Part shown: piece after piece, positions 30,081-41,902 of the stretch
Layout of the letters: the number at the start of each line of letters is the position of its first letter
Numbering within the stretch: the stretch's first letter is position 1
Assembly (NCBI GenBank): GCA_044892525.1
Contig: CM097885.1
Coordinates: 46,192,001-46,256,000 of the forward strand
DNA from: Schmidtea polychroa
Taxonomy: Eukaryota
Length of the DNA stretch: 64,000 nucleotides
Direction: 5' to 3'
Position numbers and translations under genes: made by a program
Notes under the pieces: model-generated
Told to the model about the DNA's origin: nothing
The model's input: only the letters and a program-made list of their open reading frames with translations
Database searches by the model: none

Positions 30081-30840
30081 TTAACCTACAATTTAATTTT
30101 ATTTTTGGAAAAAAATAATTTTTTTAATATTTTTATAAATTTTATTTTAATTTCCACTTTATTCAATTTGATGGGCATTAGTATAATTTATTTATCTGGA
30201 TTCGACAGTTTAATTTGTCTATAGACTATTCAACAGTATATTTATTTGTTAAAAACACCACTTGCACATCATCTACACGATATATTCACTGTCATTATTA
30301 TACATGAAATAAAAAAACAATAAATTTCTCAATGCTTCTTCAAACAAATTTCAATATCTCATTTTTAAACAGTCCCATACAATTAAAACAAATAAAAATT
30401 TTAATTAAATAAAATATTTTTTATTAAATTTAATAATTTTTACAATTTAACATAATAATTTATTATCAATAATATTTAATTAACTGATATTTTATTTTAA
30501 GTGCTTATTTCTGCCTTTGTGCTCCTAATTTCTTTTCTCAGATTTCTTCAAAATATAAATAATATATAGTCCTAACTCTACAACAAATGCAACAGTTTTC
30601 TTCACGAAGTCTTCAATCTGTATGTTTTGTTATTTTTTTTATTATTTATTAATATTTATCATTTTAATATTTAATATTTTTTTAGGTATACTTGCTATAT
30701 ATTTTTAAATTTATATATTTTGTTTTTAACCCACAAAAATATTTATTCAATTTATTATTAACTTAAATATATTTTTATAATATTTTTATATTAAAATTAA
30801 TTGAATCCATCAAATACTGAATTTAATAATAAATGATTGT

Positions 30841-30893
30841 ATTATAAGAACTTTCAAATTTCACCACTGATTCATTTTCCATTGTATTTATTG
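30841..30893 (-). repeat. Family B tail fragment, reverse orientation
   Basis: ATTATAAGAACTTTCAAATTTCACCACTGATTCATTTTCCATTGTATTTTATT. Confidence 0.6.
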
Positions 30894-33330
30894 TTTTTTA
30901 CCAATAAAAATGTAATCCAAAAGAGTCTCGGTATTTCAGAACTTTTCATTTCAATTTCAAAAATAAACTACCAGCAACAAATTTTGTATTTTCTTACACG
31001 ATTCACGCATTGATGAGAAATTTCTTCTGAATTGCATTAAATATTTTATTTTTTGTTTCAATGTTAGTAACATAAAAACCGTTTTAGAATTAATGTTTTA
31101 ATGGCGATTCCAAACCTTCTAAAGTCGAATTTTCTATTAAATGTTCATTAAAAATTTCATTGCTTGTAGAGCAAAAGGCATCCATGGGAATTAAAATATC
31201 GCTCAACATCATTTAGATTTTAATAATGAAGATTATCTATGGATACATTAACTCAAAAATGACGCAAATTCATTAAAAAAGTAATATTAAAAATGAATTT
31301 TATGAATTTTTCTGAATGATCAATAAATTTTAATTTAATAATTTAATAATTTTATTGATTAATTTATTGCAAAAAGACTTCATACTTTGAATTTCACATT
31401 TGCACTTTTTCTACTTCTTTTAATAGGAATTTAAACACATTTATAAATGTCATCTAACAAGTTTATTTTTTTTTAAATATTTTAATTAGGAAGAAGAATC
31501 AATATTGAATAGTGCAAGGAGAAAACCGGAGAATTTGACAAAAATTATATAGCAAAGTGTATAATATTTAGAGAAATGGTAGAATAAATTCTGACAAAAT
31601 TAAAAACAATAAAATATGTCATAAAAAATTAATTTATCTTTATCACTATCAAATCAGTTTGGAATTGTAACAAATTTATATTTAACTTTTACTGATTTGT
31701 AAAATAATATTTTGAAAATTTGGGAAAAATAAAAATAAATAATTCTTTCGTATGCAAAATTTGAGCTGAAAGATAAAATAAAAATTAAAAAATAATAATC
31801 AAATAATTACTGTATTTGTGTTATACACTTTATTACTGATTAAAAATAGCCGAACTGCGTCTTATTTAAATTAATTTTTCTTTAACTAACCGAAAGCGCC
31901 AGGATTTTAACATTTATTTTTTTAGTTTTTGAAATGCTTTTCGTTAAACAAAGCTTTGAAATTATTTAAGAAATATTTTTAAATTTCCATTTTCCACTAC
32001 CAGTGTGGGATTTTTGAAGATTGATAAATAGACATTAATTTAAAGATTAATAATATAAATAAAACCTACCTATACTAAATGTGTGTGTGTCATAGCTAAG
32101 TTATAATTAATTAAATCCATGACATTAAATAACGGCTTACACTATAGACGGATAGAAAAATTCATCGTTAGAAGAAAAATAAGTACCTGCACACGATTTA
32201 TCAAATCTACATAATAAAAATTAACCACAAATGAGCATTTTAGGAGAAATGTTAAGTTTTTGTCAATGTTAAAATAAATATATAAATGTCTTATCTCTTT
32301 TATCATAAAATCTAAAAATCTTATAAAGTATTTATATTAAATAAAAAAGCAAATAAATCATTTAATTACATAGAATTTAACATCAAAAATTGCTGATAAT
32401 ATTAAAATTAACATAAATTGACAGGATTTTATTTAATGTCCAATTAGCCATTATCAATTTCATTTTGGTGTATCAAAAAATCATGTTGACACTCAAAATG
32501 TTAAGACAGGAATATTATAATACAGTTAATAATAGCAATAACAATTCAAACCTTCAATCTGAATTGTGTTTAAACGAATTATATAATATTTTCTACTGAC
32601 ACCCCAATAAAGTACGTCTTACAATCGGGCGCGTCCTAAATATGGTAATTTATTATTTCAACATAACTACATAACCATTATTAGTATTTTAGTATGAGCT
32701 GTAAAAATATTTATTTTAATATAAAAGTTACTGCTTCAAGGACTAATTTTTCACGTTTATTACTAATTCATTAACTCTTCAATTTATTTACTTCATTGTC
32801 TTTCTATATTTCCTTGATTGACTTCGAAATGACATCTAGAATATTAGACCAACTTATTCTTTTCCTATATCTTTTTGGCCTAACCTGTTCCAATAGTAAG
32901 TCAAGAGTCTACTCTAACATCAAGTGGTCGTTGAATAAAATTTTCTAGAATATAAAATTGTTTCGATTCTCTTTTATGTTTATACGATTTAAATTAATTC
33001 CAACCTTTACATCTAAACTTAACCTTCATAAAAACAATTTATTTTTCAAAATTGTCTTTAATTTTTCAACTGGGTTTGCCCTTCTTTCGGAATGATAATC
33101 TATTCAGGGACGTTTAGTATAATTCAATTAAAAAAAATTTAGTTTTTAATTAAAAAAGATAGTAACGAACGTCCTTAATCACGAATTGACATAATTTTAT
33201 GTTTTGAGTTGATTTATAAATTCGATATTTTCTTTTTTATATTTTTATATTTTTATTGCTGACGTTTTCAAATTTCGAAAATAAAACAAAAAAATAAAAT
33301 TTGATTGATTTAATTATTTATTTTTCTTAG

Positions 33331-33676
33331 CTTTACTAGAGCAACAGCTTATACAAATACCAAATCATCATCAACATGCTCATTTACCACAAATACATTT
33401 TCAACCTTGTCAACATCAGAGACAAGTTATGATAAAACCGGTTGTTTCCAATCCAAATGTCGAATCCCAACAAATGTGCGGGGTGGTCAATCAGATACCC
33501 TATAGTTCTCAGTTGAAGAATACTACTGTCACTTCTTGTTGTCCAGATACCACAAATATTAATATGACTCAATCTTTAACAAGCAATTTATCAATGAGTT
33601 ATCCTACGTCAAGTTCGCAGCAAGCCATATGCCATTCACGTCAGATTAGTGTTCCGGAAACAATGACAGAAGCCAG
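33331..33676 (+). CDS. SRCIN1/KIAA1217/CG32809-like coiled-coil protein, first visible exon (internal; phase 1 in, phase 2 out)
   Basis: tttttcttag| acceptor, open frame LLEQQLIQIPNHHQ...PETMTEAR, |gtaatg donor; 51-nt intron follows. Confidence 0.8.
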
Positions 33677-33727
33677 GTAATGACTACTTCATCACGAAAA
33701 AATAATTGTTTAACAAACATTTATTAG

Positions 33728-34017
33728 AGCGCAAATAAACAAAATGGAATCTCAGATTCTGTATCTAACCACATGGATTCAGAACAATTTTCATACCCTA
33801 AGCCATTTACAAGCAAATAATAATTCTGTGAATAACAACCTATCAACTCATGTGCCTCCTGTTACAGAATCTATTAGTCTTTCTCAACACAAAAATTGCC
33901 TACCGTGCTATATTGTCACAAGTGATTGTCTCCCGTCAGATTTCAGAGATGGTCACATAAATGTTGAAGCTACACCGAGTAATTCCAGTCTTGACAGTGC
34001 TTATTCTGCAAAAAGCA
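33728..34017 (+). CDS. SRCIN1/KIAA1217-like protein, exon 2
   Basis: ttattag| acceptor, |gtaagt donor; spliced EARAQINKMESQILYLTTWIQ resembles the family motif ETRERMxxMEKQIASLTGLVQ; 59-nt intron follows. Confidence 0.85.
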
Positions 34018-34076
34018 GTAAGTCTATTTCTTACTAAGGATTTTCTTAAAGATTACTGACTAAAAATTTGTTTCAG

Positions 34077-34312
34077 CTACCAGTTCCGATAATAACTCAG
34101 GATATTATAAACTATCAACAACAGGAAATTGTCAAATACAATCATCGCCGGTGTTGGAAGAGAAACTTCCTGGAACTGTAATTAATAAAATTAACAAAAC
34201 TCAGGCTGAACTTAAATCACTAAAACAAGAAATCACTGCCTTAAAACGATTAAATCAAACATTTAGAATAAATTTTAAAAACGAATGTAACGATGCATTT
34301 CTCCAAATGAAG
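34077..34312 (+). CDS. SRCIN1/KIAA1217-like protein, exon 3 (coiled coil)
   Basis: tttcag| acceptor, phase-compatible; INKINKTQAELKSLKQEITALKRLNQ heptads; aag|gtacaa donor, phase 0. Confidence 0.85.
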
Positions 34313-34473
34313 GTACAATTATTTATTTTTTAGTGAATTTAAATAAAATAAAAATTATGATTATTTTTCATCTGCAGCTTCATTTAAAACTTTATTAAAA
34401 CAAGAAAAAATTTTTACATTAATTTAAATTTTGTTATTTTGTAATACCAATTTAATTAAGACATCACATAAGA

Positions 34474-34504
<31 letters not shown>

Positions 34505-34560
34505 CATTATCATATATTTGTTTTTATAATATTTTTATACTGTTTTAATATTAATTCTTT

Positions 34561-34689
34561 ATTATAAGAACTTCTTTTGGTTTTCACCTCTGATTTTTTT
34601 TCAATTGACATTGTATTTATTAAAAAATTGACTATGAATCAGCAAAGATATCAAAAAAACATCGATATCTTTATTGATTTATAGTCAAA
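34561..34689 (-). repeat. Family B, near-full copy in reverse orientation
   Basis: ATTATAAGAACTTC...CTGATTTTTTTTCAATTGACATTGTATTTATTAAAAAATTGACTATGAATCAGCAAAGATATC-AAAAAAACATC-GATATCTTTATTGATTTATAGTCAA. Confidence 0.85.
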
Positions 34690-34835
34690 GTTACTAAGCA
34701 AAGTACCATTAAACAGTATAATTTAGAAAATTATCAGGAACAAAAGGTATTCCTCGCGGTGGGTTTGGAAAACAACATTTTCATGCTTTTTTGACAGCCC
34801 CCTGCCCGAACCAGTTGGATTACACCCCGATAACA

Positions 34836-35032
34836 CGCCTTGCTTTTGCCATGTCCATCACCAAAGACCAGGGACAGTTACTGAAAGTTGCAAAAGTAAA
34901 CCTGGAGGAGCCCTGTTTTTATACGGGCAACTTTATGTTGCTTGCTCCAGAGTTGATTCAGCCAAAAACCTCTTTTTCTTTGCACCACGTGTCAGAACAA
35001 AAAACATGATCAATCAAAAAGCACTTTCTTAA
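34836..35032 (+). pseudogene. Helitron Rep/Hel (Pif1-type helicase) C-terminal fragment
   Basis: RLAFAMSITKDQGQLLKVAKVNLEEPCF, frameshift, GQLYVACSRVDSAKNLFFFAPRVRTKNMINQKALS*; matches Pif1 motifs V-VI and the usual Helitron C-terminus. Confidence 0.88.
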
Positions 35033-36477
35033 AATGTCAGGTTGACAGGATCCTTTTAAAATGTTTTCTTTTGTATTTTTGAAATGTTTATAACATATGA
35101 TAAATATTGAAAATAAATAAATACTATAAGAATATAATATGCGTTTTACAGAAAGAAAACAATTTTACAACACAACTTATATTTCCCCGGACAGAGCCAC
35201 ATAAATTATATTTAATATTCGAAAAATTATTTTGAATTATTTATTCTTTAATTGGCTAAATTATAAACAATTTTGATAAATTTTATGTTTTGATTTATAA
35301 GGTATCAATAACTATTGTAACAAGAGTTTGATCCGAATTTTTGATCAAAAACCTCTGAAATGAAACAATTTCACGTGGCGCCCCATTATTTTATTTTATG
35401 GATTTTTTTAAAATTTCAATAATTAAACAATTGGGCAATCGCGAAGGCAATAAAGTTCATTTGTATAAAATAATAATTTAAATCAGGAAAATAATATTTT
35501 TATTTATTGATTTTTATTTTATGTGCTTAGAAAGAGAATGATTTCTGTATTTTATGTCACAATATACTTTTTTATTTTAGAATGCACTTTTAATGTAACC
35601 AATAGATTGACCACTGGGATTCATTAAATTTTGAGTTAACTTCTGTCAGAGTTTGTCCGTGACAATCTCTGGAACCCAAGAGAATCATAGACATTATTTA
35701 TAGAAATTCTGGATCTCAGAATTTCTGTTTTTGTTTTTTGGATGTTTTTTGATTTGTAAAATTAATAATAATATAAATTTGACTAATTTTTATTTATAAT
35801 TTCTATTGAAATAGTATTGCCTAATTTGAATCTTGATATATGATTTATAAATATAATAGTTTCCCATTTTTTTTAGTTTGGCGGACCGTTAGATATACCA
35901 CCAAGAACTAGTGCCAATTTTATTAATTATTTATCTTTTTACATATATAATTTTAAATATGTCATGAAATTATTTAAATTATTAAAAACGTGTGGTTGGT
36001 CAATTTTAAATTAGAATAACTTTTTTTAACCCAGTTTCTTGACCCTCGGTGCAAAACGGCAATGTTTGATCTGACGTACTCCCACTTTGGGAACCCCTAA
36101 AATGATTGCCATTCTCTTTCTGAAGCTTTTACAGGAAAATCTATCAATGGACTTTTTACCTCATTTATCAACAATATTTTTAAAATTTCCAGTATTTCAT
36201 AAAAATACAAAAATTATAAAAAGAATTTAAAACAAAATATTGTTAAATAAAAATATTTTATTAATTAATTGTAAATTAATTTTTTTATCACTATCAGAAA
36301 TTATTTTATAAATTATTTTCATTTTAACTTAACTGACTAGTTTATTTGTAATAAAATATTGCATGTTATCTGTTAATTGAAAATTTTTCAAACAGAAAAA
36401 TTTTATTTAAAAATAAAATTAAGAAAAATTACAAATCGTGGTGAATTTAAATTTATTATGATTACTATTACTATTAT

Positions 36478-36489
36478 TAATATTATTAA

Positions 36490-36583
<94 letters not shown>
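36478..36583. repeat. (ATT)n microsatellite upstream of the LTR element
   Basis: Direct reading. Confidence 0.96.
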
Positions 36584-36584
<1 letters not shown>

Positions 36585-36588
<4 letters not shown>

Positions 36589-36624
36589 TGTATTTATTAA
36601 AAAGCTTGACTATAAATCAGTAAA
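36585..36624 (+). repeat. Family B left arm abutting the 5' LTR
   Basis: CTATTGTATTTATTAAAAAGCTTGACTATAAATCAGTAAA. Confidence 0.8.
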
Positions 36625-36916
36625 AAAAGAGTTTGTAAACCTCTATATAAAATTATTATGGTTAAATGGTAGAAGTGAGATCAGTTAGTAGAAATAATTA
36701 TTTCTGTTAAATTTGTATATTTAAATTCTATATTAAATTATATCATATTATATTAAATTATATTAAATTAAATCAATTAAATGTATGACCAGTAATTACA
36801 TTAATATTAATAATTATCACGCCTCGGTGTTTAAATATTCTAGTAAACGGCACAATTTTTGAAGTTGTTATAGAAATAAATGCTTGAAGAAGACTTGAAT
36901 TTAATTGCGTCTAACA
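36623..36916 (+). repeat. 5' LTR (first ~20 bp altered, TG start missing)
   Basis: 36643-36916 identical by eye to 41365-41638; ends ...GTCTAACA; TATATAAAA at 36644 and AATAAA at 36875-36880. Confidence 0.93.
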
Positions 36917-37956
36917 TGGCGACCACGACCACGGATTTATTGATAAGCAGACTATTACCTGAGAAATTTCACAAAGGCGATGATTTAGAAAATTTTATCA
37001 AGGATTGTCAAAGGTTTTTTGGCGCGACAACAACAACAATTAGGATGCAAGTAATATTAACTACAACATTACTTGACAGATCGCTAATGGAAGATTATGA
37101 AGCAGCCGAAGGAAAAACTATGGAAGAGAAACTTCGATATGCATTTTCAAAACCGACATCATTAATGGATGATCTAAAAGAAGCTTTGAGTTATGAACAA
37201 GGATCAGATTCAGCCGAAACTTTTATAGAGAAAATTAAAAAGATGACAAAGAAATTAATAGCGCACAAATGGGATGAAGAAGAAATAGAAAAATGCCTGC
37301 TTACAAACTGTGTAAGAGATCGAGAAGTTAAAAAAGAGATCGAGATGAAAGATTTGAAAACATCAGAAGAAATAAAAGCGACAATAAAGAAATTAGAAAA
37401 GGTAAACAAAATTATGGGCCATGTTAATGTTGTGAAGACTTCACCGGTTGTTCAAAACTACAGAAGCTACAGAGATGTTGCTCAAAGAGGAATGGTAAAC
37501 GGAAATAATAATTTCAAGCAGCGAAACGTCAGTAACCGACAATTGGAATGCTGGACATGCAAGAAACTTGGTCATGTGAGTCGAGAATGCCAAATGAAAA
37601 AGAAAATTACGTGTTTTGCATGCGGAGTAGAAGGCCACGTACGGCGAGAATGTTCAACGATTCAATGCCAGAGATGTCACTTACGTGGACATAAGGAGAT
37701 TGACTGCTATACAAATTTGGAAAGAAGGAAGTTTCAAACTAATTCAAACATGAGAAACAATAATTATTATGCCCATCGAACCACAAGCTATCAACAAAAG
37801 ATCAACAATCCAAGAAGAACAATTGCAGCAATTGAACCTAATGATGAGACGATGCCATTGGAGTATTCAGACGATGCAGAAGACAAATATGAAGAGATTC
37901 AGCACCCAAAAGTACATGCTTCGACACGGGAGGCAATGATCGGAGCAATATACTAG
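36916..37956 (+). CDS. gag: Gag with three CCHC zinc knuckles (ORF is open from an upstream in-LTR ATG at 36880)
   Basis: CWTCKKLGHVSREC, CFACGVEGHVRREC, CQRCHLRGHKEIDC; uninterrupted ORF ending in TAG. Confidence 0.95.
   Translation: MATTTTDLLISRLLPEKFHKGDDLENFIKDCQRFFGATTTTIRMQVILTTTLLDRSLMEDYEAAEGKTMEEKLRYAFSKPTSLMDDLKEALSYEQGSDSAETFIEKIKKMTKKLIAHKWDEEEIEKCLLTNCVRDREVKKEIEMKDLKTSEEIKATIKKLEKVNKIMGHVNVVKTSPVVQNYRSYRDVAQRGMVNGNNNFKQRNVSNRQLECWTCKKLGHVSRECQMKKKITCFACGVEGHVRRECSTIQCQRCHLRGHKEIDCYTNLERRKFQTNSNMRNNNYYAHRTTSYQQKINNPRRTIAAIEPNDETMPLEYSDDAEDKYEEIQHPKVHASTREAMIGAIY
36917..36928 (+). promoter_or_regulatory. Primer binding site, tRNA-Arg(TCG)-like
   Basis: TGGCGACCACGA directly after the LTR; complementary to ...UCGUGGUCG-CCA, recalled as a metazoan tRNA-Arg(TCG) 3' end. 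Confidence 0.75.
37905..37947 (+). promoter_or_regulatory. Predicted -1 programmed ribosomal frameshift signal
   Basis: C_CCA_AAA in the gag frame (37905-37911), 5-nt spacer, stem TGCTTCGA(37917-24)/TCGGAGCA(37940-47); -1 frame open from 37893 into the protease. Confidence 0.75.
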
Positions 37957-40900
37957 GTAATTTTGATATTGATGTAAATATTGGTCATAATAATTTTAAT
38001 AATGTAAATAATCTTTATATATATAATAATGTAGAACCTTTATGTAATAATATTTGTAATTTTAAAAAGTTTCCTTTAAATAATTTTAAATGTTATAGTT
38101 ATTTTAATGCTGATCGATCTTTAATAAATAATAATAATAATAATCCTAAGAATCAAGAAGAGTATAGTAAAATTAAAGAAGCAGAATATAATAATAAAAT
38201 AGTAAATGAAAAAGTTTATAAATTTATTAAGAAGGCAGAAGATAAATTAGAGAGAAATGAAATTGGGTGGATTAATGAAATATCAGAGGAGCAAAATATT
38301 TTCACTAATGATGAATGGAAACGACCGAAATTGAGTTATGACAAAATGCAAGGTAGACCGAGTACAACTCTTGAAATTCAGGGTTATAGAATGGAATGCT
38401 TACTAGATACAGGAGCAAGAGTAAATGTAATGGCAGAAGCAGTTGTGGAAAAATTAGTGAATGTGAAAATCATAAAAACAGATGAGATGTTAAGATGTGC
38501 AAATGATAGTAAATTAGAGACAATCGGAAAATATATATTGATGTTAGAATTGGTAATATGGAAAGAAAAATAACATTTATAATAGTTAAAAATATTGTTC
38601 CAGATATAATAGGCGGAGTGGAATTGCAGAAAGAGTTTGGAATTGAATTAAACTACATCAAGCAAAATGAAGAAGGATATAATGAATTTGTATGTGAAAT
38701 AGAAGCTAGATTTGGGGAAAAGATTACAGATAACGAGAGATGTCAAAGAGCAATAGAAATTCTAAGATTAAACGAAAATAAAAGACTGTTAGAGATTGTT
38801 AAAAACAATAAAAGTGTTTTTATGGCTAATAATTGGGATATCGGATGTACTGATTTAATTGCACATAAAATCATCGCAAAAGAAGGGCCAATTATGATAA
38901 AACCCAGAAGACAACCCATCAATTTAGAGGAGAAAATAAATGCTGCTATAAAAAATTTAGAAAATAATGATATCATAAGAAGATGTAATTCACCTTGGAA
39001 TACGCCGTTAGTATGCGTGTGGAAAAAAGACAAAAAAGATATCAGACTTTGTTTAGATTTTAGACAGCTTAATAAGATTACTGAAAGACAAGCTTTTCCT
39101 ATGCCGAATGTAGAAGAAATTCTAGATACATTACATGGATCTAAGTACTTTAGTTCTATAGACCTTGGGAACGCTTATTATCAGGTGAAATTGGACATAG
39201 AATCGCAAGAAAAGACAGCATTTTCTACTAAAGAAGGACAATTTTGTTTTAATAGAATGCCTTTTGGCATTGCGGCGGCACCGGGTACATTCCAAGAATT
39301 AATGACAAAAATATTGAAAGATCTATGGAAAGAAGGAGTTATGGTGTATTTAGACGATATTTTAATTTTTACAAGAACAATTGAAGAACATTACAATGTG
39401 TTTGGAAAAGTTCTAGAGAAAATAAGGGAAGCTAAATTGAGAATCAACCCAGAAAAATGTCAGTTATTAAAGAGCGAAGTAAAGTTTTTAGGGCACATTA
39501 TTAACAGTCAGGGGATTCGGACAGATCAAAGTAAAATTGAAGCTATTAAATCATTTCAGAGGCCTAAGTGTATAAAGAATTTGAGAAGCTTTTTAGGTAT
39601 ATGTAACTATTATCGGAAATTTATTAAGGAATATGCAACAAAATCAAGAGCGCTAGAAAGCATATGTGGAAGCAATAGTGAAAAAATAATCTGGACTGAG
39701 GAATGTAAGAAAGCTTTCGAAGAAATGAAAATGGCGTTGACTACAGCGCCAATTCTAGTATTTCCAGATTTCAAGAAAGAATTCATATTAGATACAGACG
39801 CAAGCTTTGATACAATTGGAGCTGTATTATCACAAAGAGATGAAATGGGGCATGAACACGTTATTGCATATGGATCCCATGCAATGAGTAGCCATGAAAG
39901 AGGATATTGTATAACACGAAAAGAGCTTTTGGCTATATATTATTTCTGTCGCCATTTCAACCATTATTTATACGGTAAACGGTTTGTTTTGCGCACTGAT
40001 CATAAAGCATTAACTTTTATGTTAACGACAAAGAAGCCGATAAAAGCACAGTTCCAAACGTGGATAAATTACTTGAGCAGTTTAGACATAAAAATAGAGT
40101 TCAGAAAAGGTACGGCGCATACGAATGCAGATATGCTGTCTAGAAATACATGCGGCAAATGTGTACAATGTTTGATGGACCATGATAACCCCAAATCAGG
40201 GCGATTAAAAACTATATTGTTAACATTGATGACCGAAAATAATGGAAATGAATGGCAAAAAGATAATGCAGAAATACAAGATATAAAAGATCAAATAAAT
40301 GAAAGGAAAAATAATAAATATATAATAAAAGGAAATATTATCTATACCAATCAAAACAAAATATGGATACCAGAAACAAAAAGACGAGAAATGATTAAGG
40401 AAACACATTTATTATTATGCCACGCAGGAGTAGAAAAAGTTATGAAATATATTAGGAACAATTTTGATATGGAAGATTTCCTAAATGAAGTAAAAGAGAC
40501 TATTTCAATATGTGAAGCATGCCAGAAAAACAAAGTTTTAACTACAAAGTCAAAAGAAAAAACCCAAGTAATTCAAGCTTCAGAACCTATGGAGAAAATA
40601 TACATGGATATTTGCGGTCCATTAAGAGAAACCTTCAGAGGAGAAAAATATATTTGTGCAATAATCGATCATTACAGTAAATACATATCTCTAACTCCTA
40701 TTAGAAAGCAAGATGAAAATACAATAAAGGCAGTTTTGTTAAATAATTGGATATTGAAATTTGGAGCCCCTAAGGAACTACATGTTGATTGTGGAAAAAA
40801 TTTCGAAGCAAGTAGCATTAAAGAACTAGCAAAGGCAGCAGGAATTGAGTTGATATTTTCGAGTCCGTATCATCATAATACTAATGGTGTAATTGAAAGA

Positions 40901-41331
40901 CAATTTCGTACTATAAGAGACTATATTAACGCGTCACTCAGAGAAGGAGTTAAAAAAAGCTGGGCAGAATTAATACCTGATATAGAATACGTTTTAAATG
41001 CGACAGCTCAAAAAACTACTGGAGTGAGTCCAGCAGAAATTATTTTTGGAAGAAAGATTAATAGATCGCAATGGCATAGTAATAATGAAGTGGATAGAAA
41101 TGAAATCATGCGGAAATTAGAGGCTAAAAGACAGCAAGCGAAAGAAATTGGCACAACTAGGAACTTAGAAGTGGGGGACAAAGTATTGGTGAAATAAGAA
41201 ATTAGAAACAAAGATCACGAGAGATATGAAGGACCATACACAGTATGGAACGAAATCATGAAAGAAGTTATTTATTAACAGACGAAAACGGAAGAAAAAT
41301 AACGAGGAATATAGAAAAGTTAAAGCATTTT

Positions 41332-41344
41332 AAAGAAGAGGGGA
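41332..41344 (+). promoter_or_regulatory. Polypurine tract
   Basis: AAAGAAGAGGGGA immediately before TGT of the 3' LTR. Confidence 0.92.
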
Positions 41345-41638
41345 TGTAAGGAGTTAGTAAACCACTATATAAAATTATTATGGTTAAATGGTAGAAGTGA
41401 GATCAGTTAGTAGAAATAATTATTTCTGTTAAATTTGTATATTTAAATTCTATATTAAATTATATCATATTATATTAAATTATATTAAATTAAATCAATT
41501 AAATGTATGACCAGTAATTACATTAATATTAATAATTATCACGCCTCGGTGTTTAAATATTCTAGTAAACGGCACAATTTTTGAAGTTGTTATAGAAATA
41601 AATGCTTGAAGAAGACTTGAATTTAATTGCGTCTAACA
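41345..41638 (+). repeat. 3' LTR, 294 bp, TGT...ACA
   Basis: Starts TGTAAGGAG after the PPT, ends GTCTAACA before (ATT)n. Confidence 0.96.
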
Positions 41639-41838
<200 letters not shown>

Positions 41839-41902
41839 ATAGAAGTAATAGTGCATGTCTTTTTAACAACAGTTTTAATTATTTATTTTTGTATTATTAC
41901 AG

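Larger units (their letters stand above)
37893..41349 (+). pseudogene. pol: Pol polyprotein (PR, RT, RNase H, integrase with GPY/F) with three lesions
   Basis: LLDTGA; YLDD; DTDAS...TDHKAL; HLLLCH..CEAC; DDE core; EGPYTV. One base missing in AAAA 38528-38531, TAA at 41195-41197, frameshift near 41245; repaired frame ends KHFKEEGM* inside the 3' LTR. Confidence 0.93.
36623..41638 (+). mobile_element. Ty3/gypsy LTR retrotransposon, ~5.0 kb, structurally complete, pol disrupted
   Basis: Paired LTRs, PBS, gag, PR-RT-RH-IN order, PPT; no TSD visible. Confidence 0.97.

Noticed and set aside
30570..30619. Possible phase-1 exon PNSTTNATVFFTKSSI ending at gtatgt
   Set aside because: Weak acceptor and no recognisable homology; cannot be supported without transcripts.
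32425..32600. Possible upstream host exon containing LTLKML (echo of KIAA1217 LTMKML)
   Set aside because: Surrounding residues do not fit the domain and the frame hits a stop without a good donor.
33104..33178. Short TTAA-GGACGTT inverted repeat (Kolobok-like MITE)
   Set aside because: Left end too degenerate to call.
37954..37962. TAG|GTAATT at the gag stop as a splice donor or readthrough site for pol
   Set aside because: Splicing would keep the stop, and readthrough meets TAA six codons later; the -1 frameshift fits better.
38525..38531. Second programmed frameshift inside the protease
   Set aside because: C_GGA_AAA is not a canonical slippery site and falls mid-domain; a 1-nt deletion or read error is simpler.
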